Shown: piece after piece, positions 42,338-50,900 of the stretch | Numbering within the stretch: the stretch's first letter is position 1 | How the letters are laid out: every line of letters starts with the position of its first letter | DNA from: Octopus bimaculoides | Taxonomy: Eukaryota | Reading direction: 5' to 3' | Assembly: GCF_001194135.2 (NCBI RefSeq) | Contig: NC_069006.1 | Span: forward strand, 4,272,141-4,336,140 | Length of the DNA: 64,000 nucleotides | Notes under the pieces: generated by a model | Seen by the model: only the letters and a program-made list of their open reading frames with translations | What the model was told of the DNA's origin: nothing | Databases searched by the model: none | Translations under genes and position numbers: made by a program

Positions 42338-45300
42338 AAGGGTTTGGGTTTGTTCCTCACTACTACTTGGCAACTGATGTTGAACTTCCCTGTAACTTAG
42401 CAGTTCAGCAAAACAGACCAATAGAATAAGTACTAGACTTTAACAGAAAAAGAGCTCTAGGTTGATTTTTTTTTTACTATACCATCGAAGAATGTGCTCC
42501 AGCTTGGCCACAGTCCAATGACTGAAACAAGTAAAAAAAGATTAACCTCAGTATTTGAGTGGATTTTCTTAATCCAATCCAGTTGGATTAAGAATGCAAA
42601 GTTGGCCGCAGGTGGATTTGAAATCGAAAACATAAAAAGAACTAAATACGGCAAAGAATTTAGGACACTTTGACTGACGCTCCGCTAATTCTGCCATCCA
42701 GGACCCTATTTCAGATTTTGCCACAAGACCAGTAACATTGCGGGAGGTGGCTAGTCGATAACAACACTGACCCCAGTGCTCAACTGGTACTTATTTTATC
42801 AACCCTGAACAGATGAAAGGCAAAGCCGACCTCGATGGAATTTGAACTCAGAATGTAAAGATGGATGAAATGCTGCTAAGCATTTTGCCCAGCACAGTAA
42901 TGATTCAGCCATCTCACCACGTTCAACCAGTCTATTTAATATTAATAATTTCTTACAATAATCAAGACCTTTGGCATTATGTCGTGCTTGAGAAGAAGAC
43001 TCATCAAGCTGAGCAAAATCACAGTTGTGGCAGATACCGGTGTCGTGCAAATTGGCACCCGTGCCAGTGGAATGTAAAAGCACCCCGGTGTCACACAAAT
43101 GGCACCCGTGCTGTTGGCATGTAAAAGCACCCATTACACTCTCGGAGTGGTTGGCATTAGGAAGGGCATCCAGCCGTAGAAAAACCATGCCAAATCAGAC
43201 TGGAGCCTGGCACAGCCTTCCAGTGTACCAGCCCAGTCAAACCATCCAACCCATGCCAGCATGGACAATGGACATTAAATGATGATGATGATGATGATTA
43301 GCATAAAGCTACAAATTTAAAGGTGAGGAGTATCTTATTATCATCATTGTGTAATGTCCACATTTCCATGATTGTAGGGATCAGGCAGAATTTGTTGAGG
43401 CAAAATTTTCTGCAACAGGATGCCCTTCCAGTTGCTAACCCTCACCTCTTTCCAAAGCAAGATAATATTTTTCCGCCATGGTCAAACATGCTTTTCATGG
43501 AAGACTGGAAACAAACATCATTGCTTATATGATAGTGATGCTTATTTACAATCAACACATGTTGTCAAGACAAGGGTACGTGAACATAAACATATACATA
43601 CATACATATATACGAGAGGGTATCAAAAAGTTCCTGGACTAGTTCTGTAGCATGCCAACAGATGGCAGCAAAGTTTTGTGCACAGTGAGAGCTAGCAGTG
43701 ACCATGAGGCAGTGTGCCGAGTGACATCACTACATTTACTTCACAAGCTGTGAAATGTGTGTTCTTGTCATCACATCTATGCTGTAGTCTGCAATTTTGT
43801 CATGGACAGGAACAAAGAGCCAACGTGAAATTTTGCATTAAACTTGGGAAGTCTGCTACAGAGACATTGAGTATGCTTTGGAAAGCTTATAATGATGAGG
43901 CAATGGGTCGTACACAATGTTTCAAGTGGAATGGGCGCTTCAAAAGCAGAAGAACATCCCTGGAAGATGATGAGCGATCTGGAGGACCTGCCATGAGCAT
44001 CACCTAGAAAATGTGATGTTGTGCATTGAGAATTCATTCCCCCAGGGCCAGACTATCAATCGGGAGTTCTATTATGACATTTTGAAGCATTTGAGGGAGG
44101 ATAGGACATTCAGCGAAAGTGACTGGATCTGGGGAGCGAAAAAAATTGGATTCTTCAGAGTTCTCCTCACTTGTGAGTCTCTCGCCAAAAACAACATGGA
44201 ATCACTTCCACACCCACCCTATTCACCAGATTTAGCACTTGCGGACTTCCATCTCTTCCCCAAGATGAAAATGCTGCTCAAAGGTCGCTGTTTTAACACT
44301 GTTGTCAAGATCCAGAGTGAATTGCACAAAGTCCTTGACTCACGAAAAATTACTTCCAGGGCTGGATTCCAAAAGTGGAAGGAATGCTGGGACCAATGTA
44401 TTGCTGCGCAGGGTGACTATATCAAAGGAGACGATGTGAAAACTTGAGTAATCAAGCCAGTAGACTCTGTAAAGTGGTTTGGTGTTAAGGGTCTCCAGCA
44501 GTTGAAACCATGCCAAAACAGAGACTGGAGCCTGGCACAGCCCTCTGGCTTGTTAGTTCATGTTGAGCTGTCCAACCCATGCAAACAGTTTCTATTTTCA
44601 AAATCCACTCAAGATGGTTTTGTTCATCAAGGGGCTACAGTAGATGACACTTGCCTAAAGTACCACACAGCAGGATTGAACCCTGGGAAACAAGCTTATC
44701 CTGTGCCAGCTCAAATTCTAATATATTCCAGGTGCTTCATCACTCTCCTCAACTTTATTTTTACCCCCCAGGGTTAATAAAATAAATATCAACTTATAAA
44801 TTGATGTTCTGGTATCAATTTAAGAAATTATTGATTTTTTTTTTTTTTCTTCTTCAAGAAGCACAAGATGGCTAAATTGGTAGTTTGCCAGGCGATATAT
44901 TATTCCGTATGTAGTCTTAGTTCCCCTCAAGTTGTGAGTTGCAGATGGAAAAGAGGGATGTTGTTGATGTTGTCTACCCCTACCCCAAATTGGTCAGTAG
45001 GGATTGAGCAGAGTTGTGATAAAAGGTGGTCTGCTAGCCATGTCCACCACATCTATAATTTAGGCATCAAGCATCTAACTACATTATCGAACGTTCCTCC
45101 GCCCCACCCCACTTATTTTCTTTGGTATACTGAGGGAGATTTCGCTGCGATATCTAGCAAGCCAAGAAATGGATGCAAAGGTGTAGCATAGTGACGTTTT
45201 TATGGGTCAGCACTTTTAGGTTTGCTCTATAAGTTTATATAGATCTGAAGGGCCCCCAGGGAGGGGAAACTCAACGGCTACCTCGGGTGGTATACATTCC

Positions 45301-47034
45301 TCCATCTAAAATCACGCCACTGTGCTAAGGCTCCAGAGAGAGAAGGGTGAAGCAATGAAATAAGAGAATGGCATGCTGAAGAAACAGGAGATTGAGATGG
45401 AATTTATCGACCAGAGAGGGAAATAGGCATTCTTTCGGTATGCCTCTCAGAAACGTCAATGAATCTTGACGCTTCTGAGGGGCATACCGAAAGAATGCCG
45501 GGAAATAAATGATATATGGAGAAATAGATGGAGACGGAGACAGAAAACTACGACTGTTTCATTTCAAATGGAGCATATATAAGAAATAAAAAATGGTTCG
45601 GGAGAGACCGACAAACAGCCTAAAGAATACACACACGGTGCTACATAAAAAATAGACAAACTTATTTCTACTTGAGATACTTGACTACATTGGTACAAAC
45701 CGATCCATGGGACTTGTAAGATACTAGTGGAGATTTGTTGCCAACGTACACATAAATATACTCAGGTATACACATGGATGTATAACGTATACCTGTGAGT
45801 GTATACAAATTCCCATACAGCCGTTTCCTAATAAGGGTTTTTGACACAAACACAAGGTATAAATAAATCAACAATATCCACACACACATCTACAACCTTT
45901 ATGTGCCACAAACACAACACGCCTTGTTAGAGGTAAACTTGTAGATGATTATTATAAACATGTAAAATACTTATCGAAGCACACCTGTGTGTGTGTGTAA
46001 TACGCAGGTTACATATGCATCTTAAGGATCAACTATCATCTAAGTTGTTCTATAGAGGCTGCTTCCTAAAATATTCGTTGTTTATATATAGACCACACAG
46101 ACACATATATATATAAGTATATACATACAGCAATTATATACAAGCTTATATATAGGGTATATACTCAATATAAACATTTAACTAATATACATATACATAG
46201 GTGTATAATCACATGCATATTACATAGGTGTAGTTTAAATGGATATTTGCAAATAATATATAGAATATTTGATATTCGCATAAATTCATTCATGCTATAA
46301 ATAAACCGAGAAGGTGGGGGGGAAACATTGTATGTTTATGATAGTCACTAACTAAATTGATAAAACTACAAATATTTGTCGCATATACAAATCAGGGATG
46401 GAACTGATATATAAACATACACACCTAAGCATCCACGACAATATATATGAACATACATGCAGATACACACCTACATACATATATACCGATGCAGATACGG
46501 AACAACCACAAGAATACATGTAAGTGCATCGTTATACATGAATGCATGCAAAAATACACACACACATATACACTAACGAAGATTATACACATTCATACAT
46601 ATGTATATATATATATATATAGAGAGAGAGATAGATAGATAGATGTAGCTAACTATACTTGTCAATACATCTACAACCTTATGAGGAATAGATCAGTAAT
46701 ATGAAGTAAAATTTTTAAATGTATGAGTATTTAATAATATCGTATCGATAGATAGATAATATATATACATATATATAGAGAGAGAAATTGATCAGAGGAA
46801 ATGTACACTGTATATGTGTATGTATGTATGTATATATGTGTGTGTGTGTGTGTGTGTGTCGTGTTTGCAAAGCTGTAAGCAAAACATGTCTACCTTGTAA
46901 AATATATCAAACTGCACACTCTCCGTCAGGTTCTGAATGTCCTTCCTAAACACACTATAGTTGGCCACGGTAGCTGATATGGCTGTGTTATACAAAGAGT
47001 CGGGAGCCCACTGTAGCACACAAGCCGACGCCAT
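12261..47034 (-). CDS. APPBP2: APPBP2 / PAT1 (TPR-repeat amyloid protein-binding protein 2), multi-exon gene span; ~577 aa predicted if the two unseen exons are 68 and 191 nt
   Basis: 12 exons in correct order with GT-AG ends and compatible phases. The peptides closely match my recollection of vertebrate APPBP2 (e.g. PDSLYNTAISA, HHCFQALIDHG, DYGFYLLNVD, HEDLAYASYVHEYSSG, DYEVALSVGHLASLYNYDM, GYSGLEYDYKGL). Confidence 0.96.
13807..13972 (-). CDS. APPBP2: APPBP2 exon 13 (166 nt): LAETHHLKAIEIKERLLGPDDYEVALSVGHLASLYNYDMKYHMEAESLYKRSIEIG
   Basis: Acceptor tttttag|CTT and donor ATTG|gtaagc; phase 0 to 1; overlaps ORF 13736..13954. Confidence 0.95.
14211..14500. mobile_element. MITE / foldback element with ~69-bp terminal inverted repeats
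   Basis: 14211-14279 and 14431-14500 are reverse complements with 7 mismatches (hand count); no TSD recognised. Confidence 0.75.
15150..15730 (+). repeat. Isolated RTE 3'-UTR copy with four tandem ~65-nt units; similar tail-only copies at ~5425-5710, ~20340-20830, ~21475-21762, ~35990-36260, ~42960-43300 and ~52190-52400
   Basis: Same sequence as the 3' UTR of LINE 560-2177 (GTGGTTGGCGTTAGGAAGGGCATCCAGC ... CCAACCCATGCCAGCATGGAAA ... (GAT)n). Confidence 0.85.
17038..17252. mobile_element. Tc1/mariner-type MITE (215 bp) with TA target-site duplication
   Basis: TA|CAGGGTGTCCTTAAATT ... AATTTATGGACATCCTG|TA. Confidence 0.75.
17799..18275 (+). mobile_element. tRNA-derived SINE, family B, inserted into the head of a family C SINE (17697-17798)
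   Basis: Same sequence as 2699-3086, with an N gap at the same internal position. Confidence 0.85.
18375..18460 (-). CDS. APPBP2: APPBP2 exon 11 (86 nt): RHAEKAIEILLKILPSDHLLLSSSKRVK
   Basis: Acceptor ttattgtag|A and donor AAAG|gtgagt; phase 2 to 1. Confidence 0.93.
20101..20225 (-). CDS. APPBP2: APPBP2 exon 10 (125 nt): MALDIRLSVFGGNNFHVAVAHEDLAYASYVHEYSSGNFKDAQ
   Basis: Acceptor ttcaccag|ATG and donor CA|gtgagt; phase 0 to 2. Confidence 0.94.
22222..22327 (-). CDS. APPBP2: APPBP2 exon 9 (106 nt): EHFGQRHPKYADTLQDYGFYLLNVDSVAASVKVYQ
   Basis: Acceptor ctttcccag|T and donor CAG|gtaatg; phase 2 to 0. Confidence 0.94.
23520..24848 (+). mobile_element. 5'-truncated RTE-clade LINE, reverse transcriptase pseudogene with GAT tail
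   Basis: ORF 23395..23952 contains QFGFMPGRGTIDA, FVDLEKAF, GVHQGSVLS and CADDLVL. Downstream frames give KVNLGKTKVM, a Cys-rich segment, WYGHVLRR and RKRGRPRKMW. Confidence 0.93.
25291..25688 (+). mobile_element. Young family A SINE
   Basis: Closely matches 63591-64000 along its length. Confidence 0.87.
27365..27725 (-). mobile_element. RTE-like LINE 3' fragment
   Basis: The minus-strand remnant LNWIGHILRQNRESNCMVALK resembles the RTE C-terminal WIGHILR motif. Confidence 0.6.
27956..27988 (-). CDS. APPBP2: APPBP2 exon 7 (33-nt microexon): TIIDVLRQCAK
   Basis: Pyrimidine-rich acceptor cttttcctag|ACG and donor AAG|gtaagg; phase 0 to 0; corresponds to human VVVDVLRQASK. Confidence 0.88.
29004..29060 (-). 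CDS. APPBP2: APPBP2 exon 6 (57 nt): AYKYCNLAVQQLTPVLSPR
   Basis: Acceptor cttgtgacag|GCG and donor AGG|gtaagt; phase 0 to 0; corresponds to human AYKWCIEAMKEITAGLPVK. Confidence 0.88.
29360..29590 (-). mobile_element. 3' end of the same RTE subfamily as 23520-24848, inverted
   Basis: ORF 29461..29778 reads GWHGMRRDEEHVLRRVIAFDVNGARKQGRPRKRW, and the nucleotide sequence resembles 24570-24830. Confidence 0.8.
30726..30894 (-). CDS. APPBP2: APPBP2 exon 5 (169 nt): LLHVQNSSCKYREANETFKETFKILNILNQANISVNKAMLYGECCGLFFAESQYDQ
   Basis: Acceptor tctaccag|A and donor CAG|gtaagc; phase 2 to 0; lies inside ORF 30702..31067. Confidence 0.93.
31919..32042 (-). CDS. APPBP2: APPBP2 exon 4 (124 nt): ASFFNESGWFFSSERVYHTCRLLCDQDKTYSGLCKLLECNVR
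   Basis: Acceptor aatttcag|CG and donor TCAG|gtaaga; phase 1 to 2; corresponds to human GFLSDAGWYSDAEKVF...VECCVR. Confidence 0.92.
32349..32500 (-). CDS. APPBP2: APPBP2 exon 3 (152 nt): CLLHHCFQALIDHGAQVNEILANEFCKRYQLSGHLNENERNKAIQLGTAL
   Basis: Acceptor gaatag|G and donor CTCG|gtgaga; phase 2 to 1; lies inside ORF 32065..32523. Confidence 0.93.
33546..33611. repeat. Long (CA)n microsatellite, one of many CA/TG, TA, GA and ATC microsatellites in the window
   Basis: Direct inspection. Confidence 0.95.
35339..35427 (-). CDS. APPBP2: APPBP2 exon 2 (89 nt): LYMKGNLYTLGTDLAEIDNFAKILKVLDKR
   Basis: Acceptor ttctcacag|CTT and donor AAAG|gtaagt; phase 0 to 2. Confidence 0.92.
37282..37622. mobile_element. 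hAT-type MITE, same family as 48342-48680 in opposite orientation
   Basis: CAGGGGATCTCCA ... TTGAAAACCACTG termini; degenerate TSD AGGTAGAG/GGGTAGAA; shared internal sequence. Confidence 0.72.
38255..38610 (-). mobile_element. CR1/L2/jockey-group LINE 3' fragment
   Basis: Frameshifted remnants HRNVSLLCLIHKYFHGYYSELSALVP, HFSSQLHHFSVEFP and DSFLPQT resemble the C-terminus of these LINE ORF2 proteins. Confidence 0.55.
40408..40678. mobile_element. hAT-type MITE (271 bp) with a perfect 8-bp TSD AGGTACTG
   Basis: CAGGGGTTTTTAAACT ... AGTTTGAAAACCCCCG termini; TSD at 40400-40407 and 40679-40686. Confidence 0.85.
43611..44450 (+). mobile_element. Internally deleted mariner transposase fossil (YSPDLAxADF type, irritans/Hsmar2-like)
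   Basis: Left TIR-like TACGAGAGGGTATCAAAAAGTTCCTGGACT. The N-terminal remnant EQRANVKFCIKLGKSATET...SLEDDERSG is fused to the C-terminal HPPYSPDLALADFHLFPKMK; no right TIR seen. Confidence 0.88.
45426..45499. mobile_element. 74-bp palindromic mini-MITE with 8-bp TSD GGGAAATA
   Basis: 34-bp arms with 2 mismatches and a 6-nt loop; identical GGGAAATA at 45418-45425 and 45500-45507. Confidence 0.8.
46894..47034 (-). CDS. APPBP2: APPBP2 coding exon 1 (141 nt): MASACVLQWAPDSLYNTAISATVANYSVFRKDIQNLTESVQFDIFYK
   Basis: ATG at 47034-47032; donor AAG|gtagac; phase 0; similar to the human N-terminus MAAVELEWIPETLYNTAISAVVDNY. Confidence 0.93.
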
Positions 47035-47038
47035 CTTG
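47029..47038 (-). promoter_or_regulatory. YY1-type motif (CAAGATGGCG) overlapping the APPBP2 start codon
   Basis: The minus strand reads caagATGGCG, matching the YY1 consensus AAGATGGCG that often overlaps start codons of housekeeping genes. Confidence 0.4.
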
Positions 47039-47690
47039 ATCGGTGACGGGAGACGGAAATTTGTTTGCTTTTTTATTTTGTTTACTTTTTTTTCTTATTC
47101 GTTTATGTATTTATTTATTTGTTTCAAATTTAATTTTAATTTTTTNNNNNNNNNNNNNNNNNNNNNNNNNNNNNNNNNNNNNNNNNNNNNNNNNNNNNNN
47201 NNNNNNNNNNNNNNNNNNNNNNNNNNNNNNNNNNNNNNNNNNNNNNNNNNNNNNNNNNNNNNNNNNNNNNNNNNNNNNNNNNNNNNNNNNNNNNNNNNNN
47301 NNNNNNNNNNNNNNNNNNNNNNNNNNNNNNNNNNNNNNNNNNNNNNNNNNNNNNNNNNNNNNNNNNNNNNNNNNNNNNNNNNNNNNNNNNNNNNNNNNNN
47401 NNNNNNNNNNNNNNNNNNNNNNNNNNNNNNNNNNNNNNNNNNNNNNNNNNNNNNNNNNNNNNNNNNNNNNNNNNNNNNNNNNNNNNNNNNNNNNNNNNNN
47501 NNNNNNNNNNNNNNNNNNNNNNNNNNNNNNNNNNNNNNNNNNNNNNNNNNNNNNNNNNNNNNNNNNNNNNNNNNNNNNNNNNNNNNNNNNNNNNNNNNNN
47601 NNNNNNNNNNNNNNNNNNNNNNNNNNNNNNNNNNNNNNNNNNNNNNNNNNNNNNNNNNNNNNNNNNNNNNNNNNNNNNNNNNNNNNNNNN

Positions 47691-47714
<24 letters not shown>

Positions 47715-47723
<9 letters not shown>

Positions 47724-47830
47724 TTATATACGGAATGGACTGAGCGGCGCAGGAAGACACACGTGGATGGAAAGGGTCGCAGAAGAGGTCACAGATATGT
47801 GACGAAAAATTTCCGGACAATGGACATAAG
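47715..47830. promoter_or_regulatory. CpG-enriched candidate promoter segment upstream of APPBP2
   Basis: Locally CpG-rich unique sequence with an E-box CACGTG (47760-47765) and ETS-like CGGAA/TTCCGG motifs, ~0.7 kb upstream of the ATG across an N gap. Confidence 0.3.
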
Positions 47831-48341
47831 ATAAAATAAGAACAGTAATAAACGAGTGACGAACGAATATATAGTGCGTGTGTCTATTTGGGGATGAAAA
47901 AAACCATCCCGAAATATAGCAATAGATAGATATACACACATACGCGCGTGTATGTGTGTAACATCGTTTAACCTCCGTTTTCCTTGCTGGCATGGGTTGG
48001 ACAGTTTGACAGGCGCTGGCATACCAGAGGACTATGCTTTGGCATGGTTTTTATGGTTGGCTGCCCTTCCTAACGCTAACCAGTGTATTGGTGCTTTTTA
48101 TGTGGCACCAGCTCCAGTAAGGTCCCAGGTAGCTTACAACGACAAAGATCCCTCAACTGAGTTGGATGTTGTACTGAGGAAAGTGGCCTTGTGTCATGCC
48201 GAGAGATTAAAGGTATAATTGAGGGCTTATTGGCTAACTGTCCATCCTGTTATCCATAAGTAACAATCCAAAGAAGTATTCAATACAAACATGGAGTGTG
48301 ATAATTTGTTTTCGTTGGTCACGTTGCCTGTTAATCTAGAG

Positions 48342-48680
48342 TAGTGGTTCTCATCCAGAGTCCATATGTCCCTGGAGGTGCTTATACGATTTTTTGGGGA
48401 CCCATGCAACAAAATAGTAAACAGAAGATCCACAATATTTTAAAAGCCCCTGCAAAAAATTATCTTTAGATGTATGTATTGCAAGAAAGAGTGAGGTTTC
48501 TTTCTTTAACATTTTACATAGTTCAACCTATATAAGTTAATGTGGGGGAAACAAAATAGGAATTTTGAAAGAGATTTCTATAAAACTAGTTTTTTAAAAA
48601 TTGAATGGTTGGGTGGGGGCCCACCAGAATAAAATAGTAATCAAAGGGGTCCATAGATAAAAAATGGTTGAGAACCCCTA
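48342..48680. mobile_element. hAT (Charlie-like) MITE with 8-bp TSD ATCTAGAG/ATCTAGAA
   Basis: TAGTGGTTCTCA ... TGAGAACCCCTA termini; the TSD matches the nTCTAGAn Charlie target preference. A related inverted copy lies at 37282-37622. Confidence 0.82.
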
Positions 48681-49072
48681 ATCTAGAATGGCCACAATAT
48701 GCAGCCACTTCTTCAGACAGATCAATGTGTGTGTGTGTGTGTGTGTGTAGTGAAGACACGTGGCTTAGTGGTTAGGGTATTCAGCTCAGTCATAAGATCA
48801 ATTCCTGGTGTTGTGTCCTTGAGCAAGACACTTTAATTCTCGTTGCTGGAGTCCACTCAGCTGGCAAAACTGAGTTGTACCTGTAATTCAAAAGGGCCAA
48901 CTTTGTCACATTCTGTCATGCTGGATCTCCCTGAGAATTATATTAGGGGTATGCATGTCAGTAGAGTGCTCAGCTACTTTCGTGTTATTTTCATGAGCAG
49001 GCTGTTCTGTTGATCAGATCAGGTCACTGTAACCAAGTGAAGTGCCTGTACGTATGTATGTGTGTGTGCATG

Positions 49073-49520
49073 TATAAGGGAGCACCCAAAAGTAACCAGA
49101 AATGCTCTCTGTGGGACAAGCCTGTTGTAGTTCAGGCTTCTGTCACTAGAAGCTGCTTGATGTAACCCTGCTGACTAGCAGTGTCAGCTCAACTCCTACT
49201 GCCATGTGGTGAGTCTCTGCTTCACAGTGCTTCTCCCTTTTGGCCAATGGTTGAAATGATGGAACAGTGTGCTTCTATGAAATTCTGTTTTTTGCTAGGG
49301 AAAACGGCAGCCAAAACAGTTGTCATGCTTCAAACAGCTTACAAGGCCGCTACCATGAGAAAAAACACAAGTTTACAAGTGGTTTCCATGCTTTAGGAAT
49401 GGTCATTTGTCACTTGAAGACCAACCTCATCCAGAGCAACCATTGACCTAAACAAATGAAAACATCATGAAAATTCATGAACTGATATTGGAGAACCGGC
49501 AGTGAATTGATGAATTGAGA
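49073..49520 (+). mobile_element. 5' fragment of a mariner transposon (HTH region only)
   Basis: MMEQCASMKFCFLLGKTAAKTVVMLQTAYK, then after a frameshift QVYKWF...SLEDQPHP; truncated where TTAA MITEs begin. Confidence 0.75.
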
Positions 49521-49532
49521 AACAATTCTTAA

Positions 49533-49753
49533 CCCTTTTCATACCAACCCACCTGAAACCGCCTCTGGCTCTGTAGTACAAATGTCTTGTTTTCAAAAGT
49601 TCTGAATTAAAATCTTCCACCAAACCTTAGTCACAATTTATGTTCCTAACACTAGTTTAATGATAACTAAGTTATTTTACTAAATTCTTTGTTATATTTA
49701 AAGTAATTGAAAGAAACACAGAGTATCTCAACAGAAATAGGGTAAAAAAAGGG
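49533..49753. mobile_element. piggyBac-type MITE (TTAA|CCCTTT...AAAGGG|TTAA); related copies at ~49785-49986 and ~31387-31607, and a second family at ~50217-50426 and ~55900-56100
   Basis: TTAA at both ends and CCC/GGG termini; the internal AT-rich sequence recurs across the window. Confidence 0.75.
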
Positions 49754-50602
49754 TTAAAATATATGATAGAGAAACAATTCCTCACCCTTTTGAAATCAAC
49801 CTGGCTCTAAGTATAAATGTCTTGTTTTCATAAGTTTTGAATTAAAATCTTCCACCAAACCTTAGTCACAATTTATATTCCTAATATTAGCTTAATGATA
49901 ACGAAGTCATTTTACTAAATTCTTTGTTATATCTGAAATTAATTGAAAGAAACACAGAGCATCTCACAATACGGTAATGAAAGGGTTGAGATGGTGTTTG
50001 GAACATAAATGAACATGAAATTTTGATGGAAGGTTTTTAAATCACTTTAATCCTTCTTTTACCATATTTCTATTGAAATGAACTGACTTTGTTTCAATCC
50101 ATTTTGAAAATAATGAAGAATTTGCAAAAAATAACTTTTCCATTATCAATCTGGTGTTTAGAACATAAATTAGCAAGAAATTTTGATGAAAAGGTTTTAA
50201 TTTAGAATGCATCAACCCTTTAGCATTCAGATTACTCTATCAAATGTAATGCTTATTTATTCACATTGTTTTGAATTAAAGATGCATCATTTCATAACTT
50301 CAAGATTTCCATGATGTGATTGCTTATCTTTAGAATAACATTGTAGGGCAGGTGTGAGAGGTTTGAAGTTAAAACAGGTAAAATATTATGGCCGGATATG
50401 GCTGGTTTAAATATCAAAGGGTTAAAAACACTAATTTTGTAGCACAGAACCAAAGGCAGACTCAGGCAGGTTTGTATCAAGAGAGTTAAACAAAATGCTT
50501 AAATCCACTGCTGGTGTTTTTCTTGTTTATAAAAACAATGCAAAAGAAACCAACTATACTGGATTTGAAGTCATGGCTTCTATTGCTATTTTCTTTGTCA
50601 AA

Positions 50603-50900
50603 AGATTATCTGCTGGTTTGGGGCCTTCAAAGACATGTGGAATGAAAGATCCTTTACTTGAAAGACAGGAAAGAGTGAATGACAAGAAGGGCATCCAGCT
50701 GTGGAATAATGGTTACAAATTTCAGATGGCCTGCAGAAGGGCTAAGTTGGTTACACTGACCCGCAGTCCTCAACAGGTGCTTATTTGTAACCATTATTCT
50801 ACAGCTAGATGCCCTTCCTGTCATTCACCCTTACCTGTTTTTCAAGTAAAGGATCTCTCATTCCACATGTCTTTGAAGGCCCCAAACCAGCAGATAATCT
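50603..50900. repeat. Foldback inverted repeat: 118-bp arms with a 62-nt spacer
   Basis: 50603-50720 versus the reverse complement of 50783-50900: 7 mismatches (hand count). Confidence 0.9.

Noticed and set aside
47043-47834. Long X-filled ORFs across N gaps (also 15708-16455, 25780-26532, 53305-54260 and 54672-55124)
   Set aside because: They are artefacts of translating Ns; only the 53394-53458 portion is supported as coding.
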